32,000 nucleotides of DNA from Prevotella phage Lak-C1. The notes under the pieces are model-generated. The model was given only the letters and a program-made list of their open reading frames with translations, did no database searches and was not told the DNA's origin. A program made the position numbers and the translations under genes. Numbering within the stretch: position 1 is the stretch's first letter; each line of letters begins with the position of its first letter. The DNA lies in the sequence record MK250029.1; one strand, 5' to 3'. Of the stretch, positions 12,096 through 22,160 are shown piece after piece.

Positions 12096-13613
12096 ATGAA
12101 TAAGAAATTATATAATTCTATAGTTAGAGGAATATCAGAGTCATTATAGAAATCATTGTATGAAGGTTTGTTTGATGATGTAGATGATATATTATCAAAT
12201 GATGATATAGATTCTTCTTAGCTAATGGATGATTATTTAAAGAAAGTTATATTGGAAACATTATGTACAATTGATGCTTATCATAATGTTGAAGCAGATG
12301 AAGATGACGGTTTACCTATGATAAAATAGAATCCTGATAATAATTTATAGTATTATATTGCTCCTTACACTACATATAAACGTGAAAAGTTAGGACCTAG
12401 AAAAAGGAAGAGATATAATTTAAATTATTTCTACAGATATATTTTGACATTTGATGAAACAGGCGGAATAATATTAGATATTACAAAATTCGGTAATAAA
12501 AGAAATTTCATTATTAATGATCAGTTATATTAGTTTATTTGTAAAACTCCATATACAATAAGTGAAATAAAATATCATTTACCATATAATGAATATACTC
12601 CATATACAGAACAATGGGAGAAAATATGGATAATAGACAGAACACCACTTTCTAAACCAAAAAATATTCCAAATTCATTTGTTAATAATTTTCCAGAAAA
12701 AATAACACCTATGTATTCTGATGAATTAAAAGATGATATGAATCCATCTAATAATTCTATAATAGGCAGAGAATGGTTTACATCAGATGAAATGTTTTTA
12801 ACATTTATACAGAAACTTGTAAATAATCAATTTGATATATCAGATGGAGATTTTTTTGTATATAATTAGAATACAATAGATGAACGTAGAAAAGAACTTT
12901 TATCAGGCAATCAGGATAAACAAATAGAAGAAGAAAATGATGCAAAATTGAATTTCAGTAGAAGTATACTGGGCGAAAAATATTATCAAAAATTTAATCA
13001 AATTTCGCAATATTTTCAAGAAAATAACATAAAATTTTACTTAAAAACAATAAATACGTTCAGAACATGTAAAATTTGCTTAAAAGATACAGTATTGAAT
13101 TTAAGACGTTAGAATGGATATATATTTGATGAGATTGATAATATAGAAGAACCTAATAGAGTAGAACCATTTTTTGAACGATAGCTATTATATAAAATGT
13201 TTTGTATAATGAAACATGAAAAATTAAATGACTGGAAAATTCAGCAGACTTATGATGAATGTATAAATGGTACTCTGGTAAGTTATAATTTTTATAATAC
13301 ATCAACTTCATATTATGATATAAACACATTACCTATAAAATTTGATAACAAATATGCTATATATAATTTGTATTATGTAATTGGTAAAGCTATATCAGAC
13401 AGTAAACCGATTTATGAATTAGGCGTTAAAAAATTTGACAAATATCCATATCAAAATGATGTAACATTAGGTCCAACATCTATATTAGCTGCTAATGAAA
13501 TAGAAACAACAGGTAATGCATCATTTAATATGTCAATGTTCGATTATAGTTATTTAACAGATCAATTAAAGACAATTATTGATAAAGTTTGTAAAAAATA
13601 CAAAATAAAGTGA
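12096..13613 (+). CDS. Hypothetical protein downstream of terminase (position compatible with portal/head module, not assigned)
   Basis: MNKKLYNSIVRGISESL[TAG]KSLYEG... continuous with ORF 13197..13613; stop TGA. Confidence 0.7.
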
Positions 13614-13626
13614 AATTGTTATTAAT

Positions 13627-14217
13627 ATGAGAATAACTACATTAAACCAATTAAAAGAATATACTACATATACATATTATAAATTAAATAAACCTGAATA
13701 TACAAAAAAGAAAAAAGTTTATATTTGTCAACCTATTAACTATATAGATGAAGGATATACACATATGGATATATGGTCAGGATATATATTTTATAAAACT
13801 AATGCAGTTTCCAGGAATGTAGGTTATTATGGTTTTTTATTAGATAAAGAATCAGATGAAACATATAATAATATAATTAAAAAACAACCAAAATATCTTG
13901 GTAAAATTTCACCTATGTGGTATGTAAATACTACATTGTATAATATACAATCTGAAGAAAATTGTAAGTTATATAAAAATCTGAAATTAGAAGAAAATCT
14001 ATTAACAGAAAATAATAAAGCAGTATTTACAGATAAGCATGAAATAGAACAATATATAGATGATATAAGAAATAATATCATTAAGATTCCAGAAGTAGAA
14101 CATATTGTTACAATGAAAACATGGTATAATGATAAAGATGGAAATAAAATAGAAGAAACATCAGTTAGACATTTACCAAGTGGAAAAACAGATATAATTA
14201 AAACAATAATAAAATAA
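13627..14217 (+). CDS. Hypothetical protein
   Basis: Intact 196-aa ORF, no TAG. Confidence 0.7.
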   Translation: MRITTLNQLKEYTTYTYYKLNKPEYTKKKKVYICQPINYIDEGYTHMDIWSGYIFYKTNAVSRNVGYYGFLLDKESDETYNNIIKKQPKYLGKISPMWYVNTTLYNIQSEENCKLYKNLKLEENLLTENNKAVFTDKHEIEQYIDDIRNNIIKIPEVEHIVTMKTWYNDKDGNKIEETSVRHLPSGKTDIIKTIIK

Positions 14218-14229
14218 TGTTAAAATTTA

Positions 14230-14259
14230 AAGTCTTCACAATGGTATGTGAAGACTTTT
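14230..14259 (+). terminator. Intrinsic terminator
   Basis: AAAGTCTTCACA (14230-14241) / TGTGAAGACTTT (14248-14259), then Ts. Confidence 0.85.
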
Positions 14260-14305
14260 TTATTTATTATTATATAAACACTAATTAACTATATTTTTAT
14301 AAAAA

Positions 14306-15442
14306 ATGAATACTGAAAATAAATTTAATTATGTTCTTGTCGGCGGAACATTTAATGATAATAAAGGAAAAGAATCTGGTGTAGTGAATAAATTATATCA
14401 CGCATTAGGTACATTTAATTCTGTTATGTATAATGGTGGTAATTATTTCGATTTGGTTGGTAATGCTTTATCATCTATTACAGAAACAGATCTTATTATA
14501 TGGATGGCAGATGTAGATAATACTAAAGAGAAAATATATCCAGTTAAAAATACAGGTTCTGTATTAATTTGCTCAAAAGTTATTAGAGACGGTTATACAT
14601 ATAAAGATGCAATTGCACGTATATTTAAAATGCATGGTAATGCTGTTATTGCAATCGCAAAAGATAGTAAAACAAATATGTTTATGTTTGAATTTTGGGA
14701 TGCATTAGCAAATTGTTGGTACAGTGGTTCTGATATTGAAAAATTAGCATTAACAATATATAGATTTTATATATTCAGTAAAGGCAGTATTCGTCGACAA
14801 ACAGCACGAGATACCTCATTAATTAAATATAATGATGGTAGACCTGATGATTTAAATGATTTTATTAGGTTGAATAATAGTCTTGCTGATTTTATTCAAA
14901 CGTCGTGTGGTGATAGGTTTTTCGGTAATTTATCTACACGTTGTCAAAAGTTATTTCCATCAGAACGTGATGGTAAATTTATTTATGTAAGTCCAAGAAA
15001 TGTAGATAAACATAGGTTAACTCCTTCTGATTTTGTTTTATTTAATACAGATGATTATACTTATTATTCAGTAGATGAAAAAATAAAGCCATCTGTTGAT
15101 TCTCCTGTACAATCTGAAATATATAAAGAATTCCCATCTATCAATTATATGATTCATGGACATGCATTTATATCTATTATGAAAGAGTTAGATGAAAATA
15201 ATATTCCATGTGCAAGTACAGAGAATTATTTTCCATGTGGAGACTTAAGAGAATTAACAGAAGTAAAGAAACTTATGAAACATATCATATATGATGAATG
15301 TCATAAAGATTATGGTATAATAAATTTGAAAGGACATGGTTTTTTAATGTTCAGTCAGACTTTTGAACAAATGAAATATATGATTAATGATATATATGCA
15401 TTCAAAATGAATGATGGTAAACAATTATTTAAATTTTATTAA
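14306..15442 (+). CDS. Class II aldolase/adducin-like protein with extra N-terminal domain
   Basis: C-terminal half GNLSTR...DGKFIYVSPRNVDKHRLTPSDFVLF...KPSVDSPVQSEIYKEFPSINYMIHGHAFI...FPCGD...YGIINLKGHGFLMF matches class II aldolase metal/catalytic pattern. Confidence 0.7.
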   Translation: MNTENKFNYVLVGGTFNDNKGKESGVVNKLYHALGTFNSVMYNGGNYFDLVGNALSSITETDLIIWMADVDNTKEKIYPVKNTGSVLICSKVIRDGYTYKDAIARIFKMHGNAVIAIAKDSKTNMFMFEFWDALANCWYSGSDIEKLALTIYRFYIFSKGSIRRQTARDTSLIKYNDGRPDDLNDFIRLNNSLADFIQTSCGDRFFGNLSTRCQKLFPSERDGKFIYVSPRNVDKHRLTPSDFVLFNTDDYTYYSVDEKIKPSVDSPVQSEIYKEFPSINYMIHGHAFISIMKELDENNIPCASTENYFPCGDLRELTEVKKLMKHIIYDECHKDYGIINLKGHGFLMFSQTFEQMKYMINDIYAFKMNDGKQLFKFY

Positions 15443-15444
15443 TA

Positions 15445-16140
15445 ATGGGAAAATTCAATATTAAATCATTATTTGTTGAAGAAACAAATACAGACGATGA
15501 AGTTAAAGATACTACAGTCGAAACTTCAAATAATTCAAATAATAAACCAAATGTAGAAAGTAATGTATCTACAACAAACGTACAATCACCAGCATCTGTT
15601 CCAGCTGATGCATCAGTTAATTCTGGAAAGGAAGAAGTAAATCAAGAACTTCTTAATAAACTATGTAATTATCTAGAAACATGTAAAATCGAAGGTGGTG
15701 ATTATATGCAACTTAAAAAAGCGGCAAACAGTGATGGAATGAAAGTTATTCCAGATGAAGCTGTCAGATTCCAAGCTGCATATGCAACGCTAAAAAGTGT
15801 AAATCCAAATCTTACAAAAGATATTATTATCAATTCTATTGATACATATATTTCTGAAATGAATAAGCAATATGATATTGCTATTAAACAGATTGAGGAA
15901 AAAAGAAAGATTAATGTAGGTGATAAGAAAAGAGCACATGAGGAGAAAGCTCAACGAATTGCAATGCTTCAAAAAGAGATTGTAGAATTATCTACTGAAA
16001 TGACAAAATTATCTGATGAAATTAAAGAAGGTGATGCAGAATGTGATAAGAATGTAAAGGAATTTAGAAATGCTGTAAATGTTATTGTATCTGCATTGGA
16101 ATCAGATAAGAAAAAGATTTCTGAAAAGTTAGTAAATTAA
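15445..16140 (+). CDS. Hypothetical protein, disordered N-terminus and coiled-coil C-terminus
   Basis: Intact ORF, Lys/Glu heptad-like region EEKRKINVGDKKRAHEEKAQRIAMLQKEIVELSTEMTKLSDEI. Confidence 0.75.
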   Translation: MGKFNIKSLFVEETNTDDEVKDTTVETSNNSNNKPNVESNVSTTNVQSPASVPADASVNSGKEEVNQELLNKLCNYLETCKIEGGDYMQLKKAANSDGMKVIPDEAVRFQAAYATLKSVNPNLTKDIIINSIDTYISEMNKQYDIAIKQIEEKRKINVGDKKRAHEEKAQRIAMLQKEIVELSTEMTKLSDEIKEGDAECDKNVKEFRNAVNVIVSALESDKKKISEKLVN

Positions 16141-16144
16141 TAAT

Positions 16145-16327
16145 ATGAGAGTAATAATTAAAAATTACGATTCTACAAAAGCAAAAGATATTATTATTCC
16201 TGTAGAAAATAATATGGATAAACATGTAGACTTTTCAGGTGGTTATGTTGTATTAAATGATGCAGATGGTAATAAAGTTGTTTATGTAGATTTTATGAAA
16301 TATCCTGAAGTAACATTAGATTTATAA
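16145..16327 (+). CDS. Small hypothetical protein
   Basis: Intact 60-aa ORF, tightly spaced between neighbours. Confidence 0.6.
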   Translation: MRVIIKNYDSTKAKDIIIPVENNMDKHVDFSGGYVVLNDADGNKVVYVDFMKYPEVTLDL

Positions 16328-16342
16328 TAATTAAATAAAAAT

Positions 16343-17407
16343 ATGGCAGAATATAACACAAGTGATATTGTAAATGTAGCAAAAAATACAGTATCAAAAT
16401 GGGAAAAACCTGGTGGAACAACAGGTATGATTGTATTAGGTGTTGTAGTAGGTGCAATTGCAATTAATATTACACCTATTATGAATTTTATTGCAGCAGC
16501 ATGCGCAAGCACACTATCTGCAATTGGTATGGCAGCAGCACTTTTTCTAGTTTTATATTGTTTATTTGATCCTCGTATTCGTAATATTGGTTCAACAATA
16601 TATTTTATGATTATGCGTAAGATTGAAGGTCTTCTTGTTGATTATGATCCAATCTCTATTGTTAAGAGAAAGATTATGCAGATGAATAAGAAGATTCAGG
16701 AAATTACCGATAATATGGGAAAGCTTCGAGGTCTTATTGATAAATCAGAAAAACGTATTCAAGATAAAAAGAAACAATGTGATCATGATTTTCAACTATT
16801 AAATAAGTATAAAGAAACTGGTAAAGCACAAGATGCTGCTGTATATGAACGACAAGTTACTCGCCTTACTGAAGTAATTAAAAATTCAGAAGCACGACTT
16901 ATTCAGTCAAAGCAATGGTATGAAATTATGGGTAAACTGAAACACCAGGCTGAATTAACAGTACTTGATGCAACAAATGAAGTAAATGAACGTGTAGAAG
17001 AGTGGGAAATGATTAAAGCACAGCATAAGGCATTTACATCTATTGTTGGAATTATTAATGGTAAGGATGATCAGTTTAGCTTATTTACTCGTGCAATGGA
17101 TCATATGGCTGATGATATTTCACAGAAACTTGGAGAAATGTCATTTATCATCGAGGAAACAGGTGGTTTGATGTCAAAGATTGATATGGATAATCTTGTG
17201 ATGTCAGATAAAGCAAATGCACTTCTTGCACAATATAATTCTGGTGGTCTTGATGCTGTTCTTCTTGGAAGTTTTGCAAAGCAACCAATTGAACACGCAC
17301 CAGCAGAAAATGTAGAGTTCAAAGAAGCAGAATTTACAAATTTGAATACTATTACAAATAATAGGAATAATGTACAACAAACATTAGGTCAACCAAATTG
17401 GTTTTAA
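16343..17407 (+). CDS. Membrane protein with long coiled-coil domain
   Basis: Two hydrophobic segments near the N-terminus (GMIVLGVVVGAIAINITPIMNFIAAACASTLSAIGMAAALFLVLYCLF) followed by charged helical region. Confidence 0.75.
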   Translation: MAEYNTSDIVNVAKNTVSKWEKPGGTTGMIVLGVVVGAIAINITPIMNFIAAACASTLSAIGMAAALFLVLYCLFDPRIRNIGSTIYFMIMRKIEGLLVDYDPISIVKRKIMQMNKKIQEITDNMGKLRGLIDKSEKRIQDKKKQCDHDFQLLNKYKETGKAQDAAVYERQVTRLTEVIKNSEARLIQSKQWYEIMGKLKHQAELTVLDATNEVNERVEEWEMIKAQHKAFTSIVGIINGKDDQFSLFTRAMDHMADDISQKLGEMSFIIEETGGLMSKIDMDNLVMSDKANALLAQYNSGGLDAVLLGSFAKQPIEHAPAENVEFKEAEFTNLNTITNNRNNVQQTLGQPNWF

Positions 17408-17414
17408 TAAAATT

Positions 17415-17448
17415 AAAGAGAATTGTGTAAAAATACATGATTCTCTTT
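17415..17448 (+). terminator. Intrinsic terminator
   Basis: AAAGAGAAT (17415-17423) / ATTCTCTTT (17440-17448), then Ts. Confidence 0.7.
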
Positions 17449-17469
17449 TTTTATTTTAAAAAATATATG

Positions 17470-17477
17470 TATCTTTG
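17470..17477 (+). promoter_or_regulatory. Bacteroidota-type -7 promoter element (TAnnTTTG)
   Basis: TATCTTTG about 22 bp upstream of the ATG at 17499. Confidence 0.55.
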
Positions 17478-17498
17478 AATTAATAAAATATTTATGTT

Positions 17499-17828
17499 AT
17501 GATAAAAATAGTTGATACATCATATTATATTATTAATAATAAAGAAAAGAAAGAATTATTTATATATTACGATACAGAACATAAATTGGATTGTAATATG
17601 GATATACTTTCTTTTCAATTAGATTTTAATCTCAAAGATATTGATAATGATAATAAAGATGAAATTATTGAACAATATTTTAAAGATAATTGGACAAGAT
17701 TTTTTATGATAAAATCAGTACCATATGGAGATTTAATGTCTATTGGTATTTCATTTGAACAAATATTAAATATGGTTAATGAAATAGCTAAATCAAAAAT
17801 AATATTTGAAGATTATAAATCAATTTAA
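17499..17828 (+). CDS. Hypothetical protein
   Basis: Intact ORF with upstream promoter-like motif. Confidence 0.7.
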   Translation: MIKIVDTSYYIINNKEKKELFIYYDTEHKLDCNMDILSFQLDFNLKDIDNDNKDEIIEQYFKDNWTRFFMIKSVPYGDLMSIGISFEQILNMVNEIAKSKIIFEDYKSI

Positions 17829-17916
17829 TAGACTTTTTAATAAACACGATATAAAAGAAAAATAGAGAATAATATTAAACATTAATTTAAATAACTTTAA
17901 TTAAGAATTAAAAATT

Positions 17917-19506
17917 ATGGCAAATGTTGTTTTGCGACCTTGGGTAAAGGTTGTTGGTGTTATTGCAGTTGTTGCTGCAATTATGTTTGGTGCTTCTAAA
18001 TTTTTTGGAGGCAGTAATGATGGTGATAATAAGTCATCGAGTGACAGCGGCGGTTTTTTCAGCGGCATGTTTTCTGGTGGTGATGATGATGTAATCACCA
18101 TTGGTACAAATACTTATGCAGGTTTTCTGCCATTTATGTATTTGAATAATGGTCTTGAACCTAATGAAGATTGTCCTATTTATAAGGAATATGGACTTAA
18201 GTTGAAGATTATTGTTCAGGATGATTTTGCTGCAGGACGTGCAGCATTCAATAATGGTGATATTGACATTATTTATTGTACTGCAGATGCTCTTCCTGTC
18301 GAGATGAGTGAAGGTTCAAATATGAATGATGCTCGCTTCTTTAATGTATCAAATTGGTCACGTGGTGCTGATGCTATTGTAGTTAATAAGAGTATTCAGA
18401 ATGTAAGTAACTTGATTGGTAAGGTTGTTTGTTGCTCACAGGGTACAGCATCTCATACACTGTTGTTGAATACACTTGAAACAAATGGTATTGGAGCTGA
18501 TAAGGTAAATATGGGAAATTCTACAGATCCTAATAAGGTTAATATTAAGGTTGTAGATAACGGTCTTGAAGCTGCTTCTGCATTCCGTGCAGGTTCTTGT
18601 GATGCAGCTGTTGTATTCTCTCCAGATGATCAGGATTTGGTTGCAACTGTAAAGGGTGCACATGTATTGATTTCAACAAAGCAAGCATCTAATATTATTT
18701 GTGATGGTTTGATTGCAAAGCAGAGCTACCTTGATTCTAATAAAGAGAATGTAAAGAAACTTATTTCTGCATTGTTGTATGCAAATGATAAAATGAATAG
18801 TGACGAAGCAGCAGTAAAGATTGCAGCTAAGGCTTTTGCAAAGGCATATGGAACAGATGAGAAGTTTGCAATTGATGGTTCTAAGAATATTCATTATATT
18901 ACATTGGGAGATGCACAGAACTTCTTTGGTTTGAATAGTTCATATACAGGTATGCAGGGTGATGAGCTATATTCAAAGATGGCACGTACTTATGAAAAGT
19001 TGGGTCTTTGTAAGAAACCACTTTCATGGCGAAAAGTTTCTTATCCTGATATTATTGAATCACTTGCAGCTAATGCTGGTGAAGTAAAGGGTGATCAGGC
19101 TGCAGAAGCATCAGTAAAGTTTAAAGAAACATCTACATCTGATGCAGAAACAAAGACTGCAATTTCAGATAAGAAGGTAACTATTGAATATCCTGTTGAT
19201 AGTGATATTCTTGATAATAATGCGCAGTGTATTATTGATAGAGAGTTCGCTGGTATTGCAAAGCAGTTTGCAGGTGCAAAGATTCGTATTGTAGGAAATA
19301 CTGATAATACTGGTAATTATGCATATAATGTTGAATTGTCACGAAGACGTGCACAATCAGTTGCAAATTATCTTGTGAAGGAATATGGATTTGATAAGAA
19401 TCGATTCATTATTGTTGGTAATGGTCCTAAACGTGCAGTAGAAGATAAGGTAGTAGGAAGTAATAATGCATATCGTACTACAGATTTTCAGTTGGTAACA
19501 GAGTAA
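17917..19506 (+). CDS. ABC transporter substrate-binding protein (NitT/TauT-like) fused to C-terminal OmpA-like domain, N-terminal TM anchor
   Basis: TM VVGVIAVVAAIMFGASKFF; binding-protein segment ITIGTNTYAGFLPFMYLNNG...; OmpA-like IRIVGNTDNTGNYAYNVELSRRRAQSVANYLVKEYGFDKNRFIIVGNG. Confidence 0.85.
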   Translation: MANVVLRPWVKVVGVIAVVAAIMFGASKFFGGSNDGDNKSSSDSGGFFSGMFSGGDDDVITIGTNTYAGFLPFMYLNNGLEPNEDCPIYKEYGLKLKIIVQDDFAAGRAAFNNGDIDIIYCTADALPVEMSEGSNMNDARFFNVSNWSRGADAIVVNKSIQNVSNLIGKVVCCSQGTASHTLLLNTLETNGIGADKVNMGNSTDPNKVNIKVVDNGLEAASAFRAGSCDAAVVFSPDDQDLVATVKGAHVLISTKQASNIICDGLIAKQSYLDSNKENVKKLISALLYANDKMNSDEAAVKIAAKAFAKAYGTDEKFAIDGSKNIHYITLGDAQNFFGLNSSYTGMQGDELYSKMARTYEKLGLCKKPLSWRKVSYPDIIESLAANAGEVKGDQAAEASVKFKETSTSDAETKTAISDKKVTIEYPVDSDILDNNAQCIIDREFAGIAKQFAGAKIRIVGNTDNTGNYAYNVELSRRRAQSVANYLVKEYGFDKNRFIIVGNGPKRAVEDKVVGSNNAYRTTDFQLVTE

Positions 19507-19516
19507 TAAAAAATAT

Positions 19517-19573
19517 AAACATGCGGTTTATAGAATAATATAATCTTAATTATATTCTATAGATCGCATGTTT
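19517..19573 (+). terminator. Intrinsic terminator
   Basis: AAACATGCG (19517-19525) / CGCATGTTT (19565-19573) with inner TATAGAAT/ATTCTATA pairing, then Ts. Confidence 0.7.
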
Positions 19574-19584
19574 TTAATTTAGTT

Positions 19585-20037
19585 ATGAAATATAGAAATG
19601 ATTTAATAGGTAAAAAAATTTTAATTATATGTAATAGTATAGGCAACAGTTATAAAAGGTTATATTGTTCTTATGTATTAGGAAAAATAATTGAATATAA
19701 CCCAGCTACAAATAAGATTATGGTTATTAGAAATACTGGACATATTGGTTCAGCTGTTGAATTTAAAATTAATAATCATGATCCTTTTGAATATCCATAT
19801 TATTTTGATAATCGGTTCGCAACAAGAGAACCAGAAAATGATAATGAAACATGGTGGTATGTAGCATTTGCTGATGATGAAGCTATACAATTATTAAAAC
19901 AAAATTTATTAAAACAAAATAATAGAAGACCTGTATATAAATCATACTACCTATCAACTGTTTGTTATGGTAAACATAAATCTAAAAAAGAATATTTAAC
20001 ATATCTATTAAATGAATTAAACAATGAATCTAATTAA
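19585..20037 (+). CDS. Hypothetical protein
   Basis: Intact 150-aa ORF; overlaps the start of the permease gene. Confidence 0.7.
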   Translation: MKYRNDLIGKKILIICNSIGNSYKRLYCSYVLGKIIEYNPATNKIMVIRNTGHIGSAVEFKINNHDPFEYPYYFDNRFATREPENDNETWWYVAFADDEAIQLLKQNLLKQNNRRPVYKSYYLSTVCYGKHKSKKEYLTYLLNELNNESN

Positions 20038-20860
20038 ACGTCTATTTAAATTTGGTGGTGATTCTGATTTTGGAACAGTTACCAATGTAATTATTAGTAT
20101 TATTGGTGCAGTTATTATTATTATGGGATGGCATTGTATTTCAGCATATAACGTAGTACCTAGTAATATTCTTCCTGATCCTTTTAAAGTGATTGGTAGT
20201 ATTCCAACATTAATTTCAGAAAATCATTTATTTGCAAATATTTGGTATACAGTAAAATTGAATTTATCATGTTATGTGTATGCTATTTTATTTTCATTTC
20301 CTATAGGATTCTTAATTGCATTGTATCCTATTAATAATATCTTATTTGGAAAATATATTAATTCAGTCCGATTTATTCCATTACCTTCTATTACAGGAAT
20401 TTTCCTTGCAATATTTGGTTTGACATTTGGAATGAAGGTATGGTTTTTGACAGTTGCAATTATGATTTATATTATTCCATCTGTTGTAAATAAAGTAAAT
20501 GATTTGCAAAACCCTGCTAATGAAAAAGATAATGTATATTTGCAAACTGCACAGACAATCGGAATGTCTTCATGGCAAAAATTCTGTTATGTATATTTCC
20601 CTTATGTAACAGGTGGTGTAGTTGATTCTTGTATTGACTTATTGGCTATTAGTTATAGTTATGTTGTTATTGCAGAAATGATTTATAAAGATGGTGCAGT
20701 AAGTGGAATGGGTGCATTGATTAATACAATGGTTAGACAATCACAAATGGCATCTGCATTTGCATTACTTTTCCTTATTATTATTATCGGTTGTGTACAA
20801 GATTTTCTTTTTAAGAAAGGTGCAAAACTATTATTTCCTTACAAATATAAAAATGAATAA
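20024..20860 (+). CDS. ABC transporter permease (NitT/TauT family, TauC/SsuC-like)
   Basis: Six-TM-like profile, EAA-loop-like segment TAQTIGMSSWQKFCYVYFPYVTGGVVDSCIDLLAISYSYVVIAEMI. Confidence 0.85.
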   Translation: MNLIKRLFKFGGDSDFGTVTNVIISIIGAVIIIMGWHCISAYNVVPSNILPDPFKVIGSIPTLISENHLFANIWYTVKLNLSCYVYAILFSFPIGFLIALYPINNILFGKYINSVRFIPLPSITGIFLAIFGLTFGMKVWFLTVAIMIYIIPSVVNKVNDLQNPANEKDNVYLQTAQTIGMSSWQKFCYVYFPYVTGGVVDSCIDLLAISYSYVVIAEMIYKDGAVSGMGALINTMVRQSQMASAFALLFLIIIIGCVQDFLFKKGAKLLFPYKYKNE

Positions 20861-20865
20861 AAATT

Positions 20866-21810
20866 ATGAGTGATTTTAAAACATTATTCGGACAAACAAA
20901 TAATAATCAAGACGAGAAAAAGAATGATATTATTTCTGAACAGAATAATACATCTGTAGATGATTCTAATATACAATCAAAGAATACAAATTCACAAGTA
21001 ATTAATACTACAACTGATGGCAAATATGAATGTGAAGATGTAGATGTATTTAATTTTGTAAATATCAATAAATCATTTGGTGATTTTAAGTTATTTGATA
21101 ATCTTAATCTTACTATTAAAGACTTTAAAGATGAGGGTCAATTCATTACATTTATAGGTCAATCTGGATGTGGAAAAACTCAGCTTCTTAAGATGATCTC
21201 TGGAATCTCAAAACCAGATTCAGGTAAGATTATGTTATATGGTAAGGAAATTAAAGAATCTGATAATATACCTATGGTATTTCAGCAGTATTCAAGTTTT
21301 GAATGGATGACTGTTCTAGAAAATATCGCATTACCTATGAAACTTGCTGGCATTGATAAGAAAACACGTGAAGAAAGAGCACGTAAAATTATTAATCTTA
21401 TAGGTCTAGATGGTAGTGAAAATAAGTATTGTAGATATGGTGTATTATCTGGTGGTATGTTGCAACGAGCATCAATAGGTAGAGCATTAGCATGTGATTC
21501 GAAACTATTGATGTTAGATGAATATTCATCTGGTCTTGATTATTTTACAAAATTTGAACTTCAAGATTTGCTTCTTAAAATTTTCAATAATAGAGATGTT
21601 GACAGAACATTTCTTATGGTAACACATGATATTTCAGAGGCAGTTTACCTTTCTAATAGAATTTATATTTTGGAACCAAATCCATGTAGAATTAAGGATA
21701 TTATCGATATTAAATTCAGTCAACCACGAACACAAGCTATTCGTGAAACAGATGAATTTAAAGACTATTACGCAAAAGTTTTAAAGGCATTAAATGAAAC
21801 TGTTAAATAA
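20866..21810 (+). CDS. ABC transporter ATP-binding protein (NitT/TauT family, TauB/SsuB-like)
   Basis: Walker A GQSGCGKTQ, Q-loop VFQQYSSFEWMTVLENIALPM, signature LSGGMLQRASIGRAL, Walker B LLMLDEYSSGLD, H-loop VTHDISEAV. Confidence 0.95.
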   Translation: MSDFKTLFGQTNNNQDEKKNDIISEQNNTSVDDSNIQSKNTNSQVINTTTDGKYECEDVDVFNFVNINKSFGDFKLFDNLNLTIKDFKDEGQFITFIGQSGCGKTQLLKMISGISKPDSGKIMLYGKEIKESDNIPMVFQQYSSFEWMTVLENIALPMKLAGIDKKTREERARKIINLIGLDGSENKYCRYGVLSGGMLQRASIGRALACDSKLLMLDEYSSGLDYFTKFELQDLLLKIFNNRDVDRTFLMVTHDISEAVYLSNRIYILEPNPCRIKDIIDIKFSQPRTQAIRETDEFKDYYAKVLKALNETVK

Positions 21811-21815
21811 ATTAT

Positions 21816-22127
21816 ATGGTATTTTCAGAATTAACAAATAATAATACAGTTACTATATATACAAAAAATGAGGTAAATACTTATTTTGTAAAACGAATAG
21901 AATCTAATGATATTTCAACAAATGTCATATTAGAAGACTATAATTATATGATTACAGTTCCAAGAGATGTATCATTTTATATATTACATATAAATAATGA
22001 TATTTCTATTATCACATGTGACAATAGAATAATTGAGTTAATTAATACGGTTAAGAGATTAACAAAAAATTCTATAGGTCTTCAGCTAAATGAACTATTT
22101 GGAAATGTATTCAAAACAAATATTTAA
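21816..22127 (+). CDS. Hypothetical protein
   Basis: Intact ORF 6 bp after the ATPase gene. Confidence 0.65.
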   Translation: MVFSELTNNNTVTIYTKNEVNTYFVKRIESNDISTNVILEDYNYMITVPRDVSFYILHINNDISIITCDNRIIELINTVKRLTKNSIGLQLNELFGNVFKTNI

Positions 22128-22131
22128 TTAT

Positions 22132-22160
22132 AAATCATGGGTATTTTTTATCCATGATTT
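22132..22160 (+). terminator. Intrinsic terminator
   Basis: AAATCATGG (22132-22140) / CCATGATTT (22152-22160), then Ts. Confidence 0.75.

Noticed and set aside
12096-13613. Portal protein assignment from position after terminase
   Set aside because: No portal motif recognisable by eye; left as hypothetical.
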